IMG/VR virus record: IMGVR_UViG_3300020371_000002
Source: a virus
Taxonomy: Duplodnaviria; Caudoviricetes
DNA length: 64,000 nt
Direction: 5' to 3' (one strand)
Position numbers and translations under genes: made by a program. This document shows, in pieces, positions 37,161-47,200 of the stretch; within the stretch, counting starts at the first letter, position 1, and each line of letters opens with the position of its first letter. The notes below the pieces were generated by a model, which was given only the letters and a program-made list of their open reading frames with translations, had not been told where the DNA came from and made no database searches.

Positions 37161-37956
37161 AAAAATAAGTGATTTTTACGATACCAGGTCCACCTGTGTT
37201 ACCGTATCCACTATCCCAGTTACCGCAATAACTAGATTGAGCGCCTTGTCCGCCACTAGTATAAGGGACGGTCCAGCAAGCGTGTTTCACCCAACAAACG
37301 TTAACTGCTTGAACTACGTTTGCTCCAACAACAGGGGCTTGAGCTGGTTTTGTTTGCTGTTTGGTGCAGTGGCAGAATCCTGCACCGAACCACCATTCAA
37401 CAGAACCGAATCTACCAGAGTGTCCATTAATACCGAAGTCTCCTCCGTTTGCACCTCTCTGCAAGCAACATTCAAATGTAGAGTAACATGTTTCTGCCCA
37501 TGAGGTGTTTGCACAACCTCTGTCACCACCAATAGCACAGAAACCACTCAGGTTATATCCATTAATATATGATGCACAACCTCTACATCCAGTACAACCC
37601 TGAACGCAGCATGGGAATACTCCACCTGCACATACTGTATACTGACAACCAGCAGTGGTAGTAATCATCTTGGAATTATATTGTCCACCACCTGCACCTT
37701 TAAAGTGCTGGCAACGGTTCCAAGCGCAAGATCCGTGTCCGTTTCCTCCAGAACCCCAAATCTCGAAAAAGATTTTATTTACACCAGAAGGAACTGTCCA
37801 AAGACAGCAACAACCTGATGATAAACTATTGGGTGAACCGTAAACCCATTTAATACCGTAATTCTTTCTCGCACCAGGAACGATCATGTTATCGGTGACG
37901 AATCCGTCTCCGATTTGTTCGGTAGTTACTTTCTTATAACTTGAATACTGTGCCAT
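37159..37956 (-). CDS. Cys-rich glycine-rich virion (fibre-tip-like) protein, paralogue 2
   Basis: 265 aa, 22 Cys, same scaffold and Cys spacing. Confidence 0.75.
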   Translation of the reverse strand: MAQYSSYKKVTTEQIGDGFVTDNMIVPGARKNYGIKWVYGSPNSLSSGCCCLWTVPSGVNKIFFEIWGSGGNGHGSCAWNRCQHFKGAGGGQYNSKMITTTAGCQYTVCAGGVFPCCVQGCTGCRGCASYINGYNLSGFCAIGGDRGCANTSWAETCYSTFECCLQRGANGGDFGINGHSGRFGSVEWWFGAGFCHCTKQQTKPAQAPVVGANVVQAVNVCWVKHACWTVPYTSGGQGAQSSYCGNWDSGYGNTGGPGIVKITYF

Positions 37957-37977
37957 TTTCTTTAAGTTCCCCTGATA

Positions 37978-38760
37978 TTAAACGTAAGTGATCTTGACAA
38001 CGCCAGTACCACCGACCTGACCAGTTCCATTGTCCCAGTTACCACAATATGTAGTCATACCGTTACCACCACCCTGTGCATAAGGTACTGTCCAACATGC
38101 ACAACGTTCCCAACACTCAGCAAGGTGACCACCAATAGTTCCACTCGAAAGGAATGGAGCAGTTCCAGAACACCAAGTGTGTCTGTAACAGTGACATCTA
38201 TGAGGTGCAGTTCCAGCAGGTCTCATATTGGACATGCCGAAGTCCGAACCATTTAGAGTTTGAGATACACAACAGTTCCAATCGGAGTTACACATTGTAC
38301 TCCATGCAGTGTTAGCGCATCCTCTGTTACCACCGTGAGCACAGAATCCACTTAAGTTTGGACCATTGACGTAAGAGGCACATCCTCTACATCCAGTACA
38401 CTCATAAGAACAACAGGGATAAACACCTCCCGCACATACTGTGTATTGACTTCCTGCAGTAACAGAAATAGTCTTAGTAGCATAAAAACCACCGCCACCA
38501 CCGAAGTAGTGATGACAACGGTTCCAGGAACAAAATCCACTACCGTTTCCTCCAGCACCCCATACATCAAAGGTTGCTTTCTTCACCCCAGCAGGTACTG
38601 TCCATAAACAACAGCACCCACCAGAGATACCACCAAGACTTCCACTTACCCAAAGTACGTTATACTTTGGACCCGATCCTGGAGCAAACGCTGAATCAGG
38701 AATCGAGTTGGGTATAATTTGGTCTGCGGTTAATTTCTTGTAACTTCCGTAAGAGGCCAT
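37978..38760 (-). CDS. Cys-rich glycine-rich virion (fibre-tip-like) protein, paralogue 1
   Basis: 260 aa, 23 Cys, same scaffold and Cys spacing. Confidence 0.75.
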   Translation of the reverse strand: MASYGSYKKLTADQIIPNSIPDSAFAPGSGPKYNVLWVSGSLGGISGGCCCLWTVPAGVKKATFDVWGAGGNGSGFCSWNRCHHYFGGGGGFYATKTISVTAGSQYTVCAGGVYPCCSYECTGCRGCASYVNGPNLSGFCAHGGNRGCANTAWSTMCNSDWNCCVSQTLNGSDFGMSNMRPAGTAPHRCHCYRHTWCSGTAPFLSSGTIGGHLAECWERCACWTVPYAQGGGNGMTTYCGNWDNGTGQVGGTGVVKITYV

Positions 38761-38796
38761 TTTGTTTCTACATTAGGTGGATTATAAAACAGACAG

Positions 38797-38824
38797 AAAA
38801 GAAAGAGGGGGAAGAATCCCCCTC
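38797..38824 (-). terminator. Probable intrinsic terminator after the 1475-aa gene
   Basis: Minus strand GAGGGGGA-TTCT-TCCCCCTC followed by TTTCTTTT. Confidence 0.65.
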
Positions 38825-38831
38825 CCCAGAA

Positions 38832-41800
38832 TCAGATGGAGAACAGTCTCCAACCGTATGTATCACCTTGGAAGGTGAGTTCGAATGACGCACCCTCTAC
38901 AGAAACTGTCAAGTCAGAGGAGTCACCCATGATTGTCTTGCCGTTACGGGCGACAACCAGGTTGTTTGTATCAAATGTCTTAGCGGCATCGAAGAATCGG
39001 ATCGTATCACCGATCGAAGGAGATGCAGGCAAGGTCATTTGAATCTGACCTGTAGTTGTGTTGACGAAGTACACATGACCCGCAAGTGCGTTACCAGAAG
39101 TAGACTGAGTAACGTACTGCAGTTTACCAGGCTGTGTCCATGCAGTTCCATCGTAGTATTCAAGAGCACCCAGAGTTGTGTTGAATCTGAATGCACCAAT
39201 TACGAAGGAAGGATCAACACCAGATGGTCTTTGTGCGGTAGTACCTACTGGAGGAACCATCGCGCCAACACCCATCTTACCGCGAGTAACAAATCCGCGA
39301 ACCGCGAATTCAGTTGGGCAAGCGGTGTTGGAATCACCAGACATGAATTCATCAGAGGAGAATTCGTTAATTGCCTCACCGACCTGACCACCGATAGCAC
39401 CCAGTCTCAGTTCTGTCAAACCAGACAGGTTGAACGCGGAGGCGTCCAGTGTTGCACGACCAGTCAACTGGTCAACGGAGAAGAACTGACCAACTCTGAA
39501 GTTACCACCTTGGTCGGTAGATACGAAGAATACCTTACCAGGACCAAATGTGTTGGTCTCATTACCCTGAATGATTTGAGTTTCGTCAACATCAGGATAG
39601 TTAGTTTCAGTCTTATTACCAGTACCAACACTCAAGAAGTCGTGACCTGTCAGGCGGACCTGAGAGAACCTAGTTCTAACACTGATGGTAGAACCTGCGC
39701 CCGTGATGTTACGGGTGTCAGGCGTACCCTGACCCTTCTCTGGAGAGATTGTCAGAGTAGCACGGTTATAGTAGGTGTGTGCAAGACCAACAGTGTCAGT
39801 GTAAGTTACCGCAGCAGCGACGTTAGTAACTGTGTTGACAATGTAGAACAGAGAGTCTCCACCGTAAGTAGTAGAGAATCCAATTGCGTCACCTACGAGA
39901 GGAACTTGATCGTATCCATCGATCTCAAGGATTGTACCCTTCTGACCAGAGATGGAAGATGTTGCAGCAGCAACAGTGAAGGAACCACCGTAAGACGCGC
40001 CCGAATCGAATTGGTATGCGTATACAAGTTCACCATCGATGAATGGAGATGTACCAATTGCAACGTTACCGTTAGAAGGAGCTGCAGTCTGACCGTATCC
40101 AGGATGATACTTGAAGTAGAACTTATCAGCAGACTTCTGATCATTGATCAACCATGCCTGAGCGCCAGAGGATTGACCCGAAAGGGTGTTACCAACTGCG
40201 ACAGTACCCGTAACAGTTGTTCCGAGAATGGTCATCAAGTCACCGAACAGTCTTGCTGTTCTTGCAGTTTCTTCAGAGGAGAAACCAGAAGAGATAACAC
40301 CGTAGTCACCGTAAGAGTTGTTACCACCAACAGCACGAATTCTCGCACCGCCACCAGAGTAGTAACCCCACTTAGCGTAGTAGGAGAAGCAGGAGACGAT
40401 CTCAGCGATTGCACTCTTATCAAGGAGGAATCCAGCACCATCAGAGTTAACCTGCGTGAAGGCGTCGAAGACCATCGATTTTGCACCTTCGCTGTGGACA
40501 CCACCGTCAATGAAGACTCCAACACCACCACCACCGAAGCGGCCGTAATCAGTTGCAGGATCAGAGAAGGTTGTGCAGTCCTTAACGTAAGGAGACTTGT
40601 TGTTGATTGGGGAGTTGGGGTTCAGTGCGAAGAACACACCAGCTGCAGTTGTACCAATACCAGTTCTGAGGTTGGTATTGTCCATCTCCAGAGGAGCATT
40701 AGGATCGTAATGGAAACCTTCCATTCCCTTGAATGCCAGTGCCTGAACGGTAGTACCATCAGACAACTTGAACATTGTCGATCTGTTGTTTGGAGTGGTT
40801 CCGTCGTCGGAGTAACCAGCCGCTGGCAGAACCTGAGTACCTCTCAGTGTGTGTCCAACAATCGAAGTGAATGGTGGAACAACAATTGGGAGTTGCTCAT
40901 AGAACTGAGAAGCAGAGAGTCTCAGGATAGCAGGTGTCAGGTCAGTTAACAGACCACCCTGGACATAAGTGTGGTTGATTGTCGAAACACCAACGTTAGT
41001 TCTGAAAGTATCAGCATCAGGAACTTCAAGAACTTCGAAGTAGGACTTAGAAGCCTTATCAGGATAAACGGTAGTTGTAAGACCAACGAATGCAGTACCA
41101 GACTGGACGTAGAGGTAATCAGTTGCAGATTGACCAACGTTCAGAATGACGGAGTTAGCATCGGGGATACCCTGTACAGGGAACTGATACTGACCAGGAG
41201 TGTGGACAGATGGGAAGTTACCTGTGATAGTTGTGTTGCTGGATGCAACGCCGATGTTAACGGTAATAGTTGTTGTAGTCGTTGCAATGATGTTGATCGC
41301 AGTATCATAGTAAGGATCACTGTTACGAGGATATGTGTGGTCGGTGATATAACCGTCCATTGCACAACGGAAGGTCAAACTATCGTTACCGAGTTTGATC
41401 GCTGTGTTTTGTGCGAGTTGGTGAGCACCGATATCCATGACCAGTTCACCAGTAAGGTGATCATAGGTTGCAGCATTTACATCATACTCAACGAGTGGTG
41501 ATGCACCAACGTTAACAGTAAATGTATTCTGAGAGATGGACGAAATGGTAAGAGTTGCACCATTAGCAGGGTCAGTCGCACGAGGATACGTCTTGTTCGC
41601 TGTGTTGTTGTCCATCGAACAGGTGAACGTCATGGAATCTTGATCCAGAGTGATTGTATCACTGATGGACAGTCCATGGTTACCTACGGTGAAGATGATA
41701 TCACCAGATCCAGGAGTGTATTGTGCGTTTGTTGGAGTCAGTTCAGTACCAGCAAGCGAACCGCTAGTTACGTTAATTGCGCCAGTGTCAGCAGCGATGA

Positions 41801-43259
41801 AGGTGTGAGTGTAGTTACCACCTGTCTTAACTGCACCAGATGTTGCAGACTGGAATTGGTGAGCGAATCTTGCATCTCCAGTGTATTGAACTTGAAGATT
41901 TCTAATTCTAACGGTAGCACCGATTCCAACTTCAGGAGCAACACCAAGTCCAATAGCAGTAATTGTTGCAAGACCAACAGTCTTGTTGTACTGCATACCC
42001 AGTACGTTGAAGACATTACCACCAGAGAGACATTCAAACTCAACGCCTTCTAACTGAACAAACGTACCAGTGTTTCTCAGACCATGACCAGGAGCAGTAA
42101 CGGTAGCAACACCAGTTGCAGCAGTGTAGTCGAATCCAGTAATTACAGTTTGTGGACGTGCAGCCTCACAAGCCCTCTTAATTGTTGCGAACGCCAGGTT
42201 AGGTGCAAGACCGTTGTTGCTGTTATGTCCAGACTCAGAGTCAACATAGTAGACTCGGGTTTGAGCACCAACAATCTCGTATCCAGGCATTCCGTTGTCC
42301 TGAACAGCAAGAGCATATCCAGTAGAACCAATACCAATTCTGAAAGGACCAGAGTTATAGGTAAGGATATCACCCTTACTTACCAGAACAGCAGAGCTGT
42401 CTCCAGCAGCAAGAGTTTCCCAATAAGTACCGAGACCTGCAGTAGGAATAACGCCTCTATGGGAGTTACCAACAGAAACATAGGAGTTGGAACCATATCT
42501 TACGACATGACCAGGGTGGTATGCATAAGTTGTAGAGAAGTTACCAACAAAGTTGAAACCTTTAACCAGGAGATCCCAAACAGAGTTACCAATACCAACG
42601 CCCTGCGTATTACCTGCAGAAAGTGGAGCAACGTTAGTAGTGATACCCAACTTGTGACGGAAGATATCTCCACCGTACTGTACAAGTTGACCTCTATAAT
42701 ATGTCGATTCGGAGTAAGTTTGTGCAGCTCCTGCAATACCATCTGCAAGGATCTGCCACTTCTTACCAGCAATATCTGTACCGATAGCAACGTTCTCTGG
42801 AGGAGAGAATCCTGCAAGAGAAGTCGTCAGTGCAACGTAAGAAGAACCGTTAAAGTTAACAACGTCTCCTGATTGATACTCGGAGTTTTGTAACCATTCT
42901 CCTTCTGCCTTAAAGCCTGCGACGTATTCTGTGACCTTTGTCAGGTCAATAAACGTTCCTGCGGAAGTGTGTGCCGTAGTAACTCTATACTGGACGTTAC
43001 CGAATTTAACAACGTCATTAACTTTGTAGTAAACGCCCGCTGCCCAATCGCCTTTCGAAGAAATACCTTCGATGTGAACACTCCACTTTGAGAGATCCGT
43101 AGCGTAGAAGTCTGCGGTACTCGCGGTAGAAGTGTGGTTGGCGATAGCAACATAAGAGTTACCACCAAACTTGATGAGGTCATCAATCAGGTAGGATTTG
43201 GATGGCTGCCATTCGCCAGTCCAGTTGAATTTTACTCTTCCAAGTCTAAACTCAGCCAT
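38832..43259 (-). CDS. Large multidomain fibre/spike-like virion protein (1475 aa)
   Basis: N-terminal W...Y...DxVxxGGxxY repeats (CBM5/12-like); YYVDSESGHNSNNG...FATIKRA beta-helix cap; internal YD..TG..H.L...TC..D...YPR..DP repeats; C-terminal PVGTTAQRP...RFNTTLGALEYYDG and YFVNTT...TLPASP...GD.I.F.D domains. Confidence 0.75.
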   Translation of the reverse strand: MAEFRLGRVKFNWTGEWQPSKSYLIDDLIKFGGNSYVAIANHTSTASTADFYATDLSKWSVHIEGISSKGDWAAGVYYKVNDVVKFGNVQYRVTTAHTSAGTFIDLTKVTEYVAGFKAEGEWLQNSEYQSGDVVNFNGSSYVALTTSLAGFSPPENVAIGTDIAGKKWQILADGIAGAAQTYSESTYYRGQLVQYGGDIFRHKLGITTNVAPLSAGNTQGVGIGNSVWDLLVKGFNFVGNFSTTYAYHPGHVVRYGSNSYVSVGNSHRGVIPTAGLGTYWETLAAGDSSAVLVSKGDILTYNSGPFRIGIGSTGYALAVQDNGMPGYEIVGAQTRVYYVDSESGHNSNNGLAPNLAFATIKRACEAARPQTVITGFDYTAATGVATVTAPGHGLRNTGTFVQLEGVEFECLSGGNVFNVLGMQYNKTVGLATITAIGLGVAPEVGIGATVRIRNLQVQYTGDARFAHQFQSATSGAVKTGGNYTHTFIAADTGAINVTSGSLAGTELTPTNAQYTPGSGDIIFTVGNHGLSISDTITLDQDSMTFTCSMDNNTANKTYPRATDPANGATLTISSISQNTFTVNVGASPLVEYDVNAATYDHLTGELVMDIGAHQLAQNTAIKLGNDSLTFRCAMDGYITDHTYPRNSDPYYDTAINIIATTTTTITVNIGVASSNTTITGNFPSVHTPGQYQFPVQGIPDANSVILNVGQSATDYLYVQSGTAFVGLTTTVYPDKASKSYFEVLEVPDADTFRTNVGVSTINHTYVQGGLLTDLTPAILRLSASQFYEQLPIVVPPFTSIVGHTLRGTQVLPAAGYSDDGTTPNNRSTMFKLSDGTTVQALAFKGMEGFHYDPNAPLEMDNTNLRTGIGTTAAGVFFALNPNSPINNKSPYVKDCTTFSDPATDYGRFGGGGVGVFIDGGVHSEGAKSMVFDAFTQVNSDGAGFLLDKSAIAEIVSCFSYYAKWGYYSGGGARIRAVGGNNSYGDYGVISSGFSSEETARTARLFGDLMTILGTTVTGTVAVGNTLSGQSSGAQAWLINDQKSADKFYFKYHPGYGQTAAPSNGNVAIGTSPFIDGELVYAYQFDSGASYGGSFTVAAATSSISGQKGTILEIDGYDQVPLVGDAIGFSTTYGGDSLFYIVNTVTNVAAAVTYTDTVGLAHTYYNRATLTISPEKGQGTPDTRNITGAGSTISVRTRFSQVRLTGHDFLSVGTGNKTETNYPDVDETQIIQGNETNTFGPGKVFFVSTDQGGNFRVGQFFSVDQLTGRATLDASAFNLSGLTELRLGAIGGQVGEAINEFSSDEFMSGDSNTACPTEFAVRGFVTRGKMGVGAMVPPVGTTAQRPSGVDPSFVIGAFRFNTTLGALEYYDGTAWTQPGKLQYVTQSTSGNALAGHVYFVNTTTGQIQMTLPASPSIGDTIRFFDAAKTFDTNNLVVARNGKTIMGDSSDLTVSVEGASFELTFQGDTYGWRLFSI

Positions 43260-43277
43260 TGTCTCTCCTGGTAATTA

Positions 43278-43682
43278 TTATTTGGGTCCGATAGAGTTGT
43301 AATCATAATCTGGTCCGTTGAACCTAATAACGAAAAAACCGTCATCATCTATGTAATAATATAAGTTTCTTCGATCGAAACGGATCTGTTGGTATTTATC
43401 ATTCGGATCATCTAACGCTTTTTTCTCAGTAGCGATATCGTTACGGATGACTGAGGTCTTACCAACTCCGACATCATACGTTCCGTAATCAATACCATCA
43501 CCAAATTCAGGAACACCAGTTCCGTCATTACGGTAGAATTCACCTAGTTCTGTAGAAGCAGCACTAACCTTTGAGAAATACAGCATATTTTCTGCATCTC
43601 TTCTCAGAGCATAAACGAAAAAACCAGAGGATTCTGATGGTAAAAACTCACCAGAAATTGAATTAGATAGGGTTAATGCCAT
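43278..43682 (-). CDS. Hypothetical (probable virion) protein
   Basis: 134-aa ORF inside the late structural cluster, tightly spaced to both neighbours. Confidence 0.7.
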   Translation of the reverse strand: MALTLSNSISGEFLPSESSGFFVYALRRDAENMLYFSKVSAASTELGEFYRNDGTGVPEFGDGIDYGTYDVGVGKTSVIRNDIATEKKALDDPNDKYQQIRFDRRNLYYYIDDDGFFVIRFNGPDYDYNSIGPK

Positions 43683-43684
43683 GT

Positions 43685-44143
43685 TTAACTTCCTCTATTG
43701 TTGAAGATTTTCCAAAGTGATCCAGTCCAAATCAAACTTACAGATGCACCAGAAACATCCAAAATCAATGGAGACGTTTCTCTCACTAGATGACCATTCT
43801 CAAATTGGTGAATCGAGGTCAACGATACTGGATTAATACTCCAAAAGTTAGTGAAATCTTCTACCCATACCCAGTCACCAACCGCACGAGGGGTTGGCAT
43901 CGCTAAAGAATATCCACCAGGAGCATCTTTTGAATCAACCGTATACTTTTGGTTAGTCGTCATAGAATAAGGACCATTGACGAACGTCCATCTGGACTTC
44001 GCCAATTCAAAACCACCTGGAGTTACACCGTCGTGAACAACAGCAACGTTTTTGTCTGTGTCAACAGTTACTTCTGCAAGGGCACCAGTGAAGTTAAAGT
44101 GTTCAGCCGTGGTGCCTTTTCTTAGTTGTACCTGCTTTGTCAT
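43685..44143 (-). CDS. Small virion protein with a major-tropism-determinant-like N-terminal domain
   Basis: QVQLRKGTTAEH..FTGALAEVTVDTDK...VVHDGVTPGGFELA (Mtd_N-like), followed by a YTVDS...MPTP...GDWVWVED domain. Confidence 0.7.
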   Translation of the reverse strand: MTKQVQLRKGTTAEHFNFTGALAEVTVDTDKNVAVVHDGVTPGGFELAKSRWTFVNGPYSMTTNQKYTVDSKDAPGGYSLAMPTPRAVGDWVWVEDFTNFWSINPVSLTSIHQFENGHLVRETSPLILDVSGASVSLIWTGSLWKIFNNRGS

Positions 44144-44179
44144 GATTCAAATCTCATGAAACGGACTTTGCTTCTGTTT

Positions 44180-44187
44180 TATTTATA
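44180..44187 (-). promoter_or_regulatory. Late promoter (TATAAATA)
   Basis: Exact consensus between 44206 and 44143. Confidence 0.8.
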
Positions 44188-44205
44188 CTTTTAAAAATAA
44201 TTGAA

Positions 44206-47200
44206 TTAAATGATAACAACGAATGTGCGACCTTCTTCAAATTGTACACGTTCGATGATTGTTGGTGTGAACGTCTCGATTGTGATATTTCCGATACCGA
44301 CGTAGGTAGATCTTGCATATGCCTCGTCTCCCGATCCGATACCGAAGAGGGATCCAGTCGCCTGTACTGGTGGGAAAAGACGGCGAATTCCGAGACCGCC
44401 AGTGATCTTGAATAGACCAGAACCATCTGGAGATGGAGTGTAATCGACAAATGGATGAACAAGAGTCGTGGAAGAAAGCTGAAGTTTTCCTGAAGTTCCA
44501 GGATCCTTGTCGTCTCCGTAATATCCGAATACTTGGATTTTTCTGGTATCGCCAATACCAGAAATTGTTGCCTGACCAGATGTACCAGGATCCTTGTCGT
44601 CTCCATAGTAACCATATACAGAGTTGAGAGCAGTTTCTCCGTCCCCAACAATCCTGAAGAGTTGTGTCTGTTCGCCAGCGCCCGAGGTAAACGATACGTC
44701 TGCAGAACCAGATAGTGTTGCAGTACCACCAATGATAATTGCGGTGATTCTGTAAACAGCAGTAGATTCTCCAGTGAAGTTGAATAGACCTGTACCTTCG
44801 ACTGCTGGAGTAAAGTCGATGTTTGGATGGGTAAGTTCCCCAACAATCGAAATTGTTCCAGATGTGCCTGGATCTCTGTCGTCTCCGTAGTATCCAAAGA
44901 CCTGAATTGGTCTGTTTGCAGATTCGCCACCAATGCTGACAAGAACTGTGAAAGTGGAGACAACAGGTGTGATGGATTCTGCACCACTCGCGAAGGCGAA
45001 GAGAGAACCAGATGCAACATGAGCTCTTGTTCTGGTTGTATGTGCCTCTCCAGATGCGTAAACAGTACCAAAGTATTCGTTGGTAATAAGGAGAGTTTCC
45101 TGAGCATCTCCAGAAAGTGTGAGGGTAACAACATTCTCTGGAGTTTGTGCGGAGTATGCCTCTGCAGCACCATAAGGACCAGATACGAACAGTGTACCTG
45201 CTCCAACTGGACGAACCAGAGTGCTTTCTGCAGCTCCACCGATTGTGTAGAGAGAACCAGAACCATCGTAAGCATTGGTTTTTCTGAAATCGAGAGTTCC
45301 AGAGAATGTACCAATACCAGCCTGAACTGCAGCTCTGGTAACTTCGCGGTAGAGAGTTTGATCGGTCTCTGTAGAGATCGTGATCGTACCAGATGTGCCT
45401 GGATCTCTGTCGTCTCCATAGTATCCAAAGACACTGATTGGTCTGTTTGGTGCAGTTCCAGTAAAGTCGAAGAGTCCAGGGCCCGCTTCGATAGTTGCAG
45501 GAATGAAGCGTTCCTTCGCACCAAACTCGACACCATTGAGGTCACCAATTCCAGTGTCATCATCGATAACACCATTGGCCTCAGTACCAATACCAAGAAT
45601 GTAGATTGTACCATCGGTAAGGATAGGAGCGTTGGTACGACCGATTGCCTTACCTTCGATGAAGATAGTACCAGATGCAGGATAATCAGGAATGAATCTG
45701 GTAGTGACGATACCTGGGCCTGTACCATCTTCGTTGAGTCCACCACCACTGGATAATGTAAATCCAGTCTCGATACCGATGTTTCTGTCGATACCGTAGT
45801 GTGGAGTGTAATCGATATCTGGGTGAACCAGTTCTCCAGACAGTCTGAGGACTGCTTTGTCTGCAACCTCTGAGTATGCTGCACTGAAGTTGGAGTAAGA
45901 TCCGTATGGTGTAAAGAGAGAAGTGCCTTCTGGAGGATTCGAGATGAGTTTCTCGGTGGCAATACCAACCAGACTGATAGTGCCAGATCCAACTTCTTCG
46001 AATCTGACTCTTTCGACCAGTTCTCCAGTGATGGTAGCAAGAGTACCGATACCAACATCGACTTTGGTAAGACTCTCCGTTCCAGCACCACTTGTGAGAA
46101 TAGTAACTGTTCTTTCTGGAGACTGCCAAACAACCGCCTCGTCGCCAGATCCAGAAAGTGGCAGAAGAGGAACATCCGCACGTTCGAATACTGTGATAGA
46201 TTCGGTGGCACTGGAGATATCGAAGAGAACCGTACCCGAACCTGGGAACGATGGAATCCACATCGTCTTGGCACGAGGCACTGCATCGATGATTCTTGCA
46301 GGTGGCTCGAATGGAATCTTCGGTGGATCTTGAGTATCTTCGTTGATCCAACCATAATCGAAGTATCCAGCATCGATACCTCTTTGATCGATGAATCCTG
46401 TATTGTATGGATACAGTTCCTGATCGTAAGATGGACCACCAACGGTGTTTGCGTTCTCTTCGATCTCACCCCAATCTTCACTAACAACAGTGCTACTGAA
46501 GTTAACGTTGTACTGATTGGTTTTATCAAATGTTGGTAGGACTCCAGCACCACCAACTGCCTCATCATATGTTCTACCAATTTGATCACTATTATCAAAG
46601 GTAAGTGTTCCTTCAGAGTAATCTTCAACGCTGGAACTTTGAATACCTTTGTATTGAAGATCGAATCCGAAACTTGGATCTGTACCAAAGATCTGTCCGA
46701 AGTTTTCGTTTTCTTGACCGTACTTGATCGAAGATCTGTTGTAGTGTTCGGTATTCTTCTCGATACTGGAACCAGTAATTCCGAAGAGACCGAAGGTAGT
46801 ACCAACATCAATAATTCTGAGGTAGGTCTGACCTTCTTCTCTACCCTGACTGATAGTGATCGTACCAGATCCCTTAGGTGCAGGAACAGGATTGGCCTTA
46901 GCAGAACCACTGATGAATTTCGTACCTGCAGCAGGAGGATTGACAGCAGTAGTTTCACTGATACCACCAATTGTGAAGAGACTACCAGATCCAATTTCTC
47001 CTGCAGGTGTGATAGATTCTGCACCAGATCCTTGAATAGTGAAGGATCCTTCAAGACCGAATACTGTATGTTGTGGTGCCTGACTGAACCAGTTGTAACC
47101 AAAGATATTGATGCCAGCCTTGTAAGTGGCAATACCAGTAATACCAGAAGATTCGTAGTCGTATGCTCTTGGAGCATCTGCAAAGTCGGAGAGGAAGTAT

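Noticed and set aside
36347-38760. Selenoproteins or RiPP precursors
   Set aside because: No in-frame TGA, and no leader/core architecture; the proteins are full-length glycine-rich fibre-tip-type domains.
39039-40949. 636-aa plus-strand ORF (also 46582..48243, 44827..45756, 42084..42872, 14565..15179)
   Set aside because: Antisense shadows of long structural genes caused by RNY codon bias; no motifs, promoters or SD.
44858-45432. Near-identical 44-bp repeats as a DGR template/variable repeat pair or CRISPR
   Set aside because: Both copies are in-frame coding; the single mismatch is synonymous; no reverse transcriptase, cas genes or regular spacers in the window.
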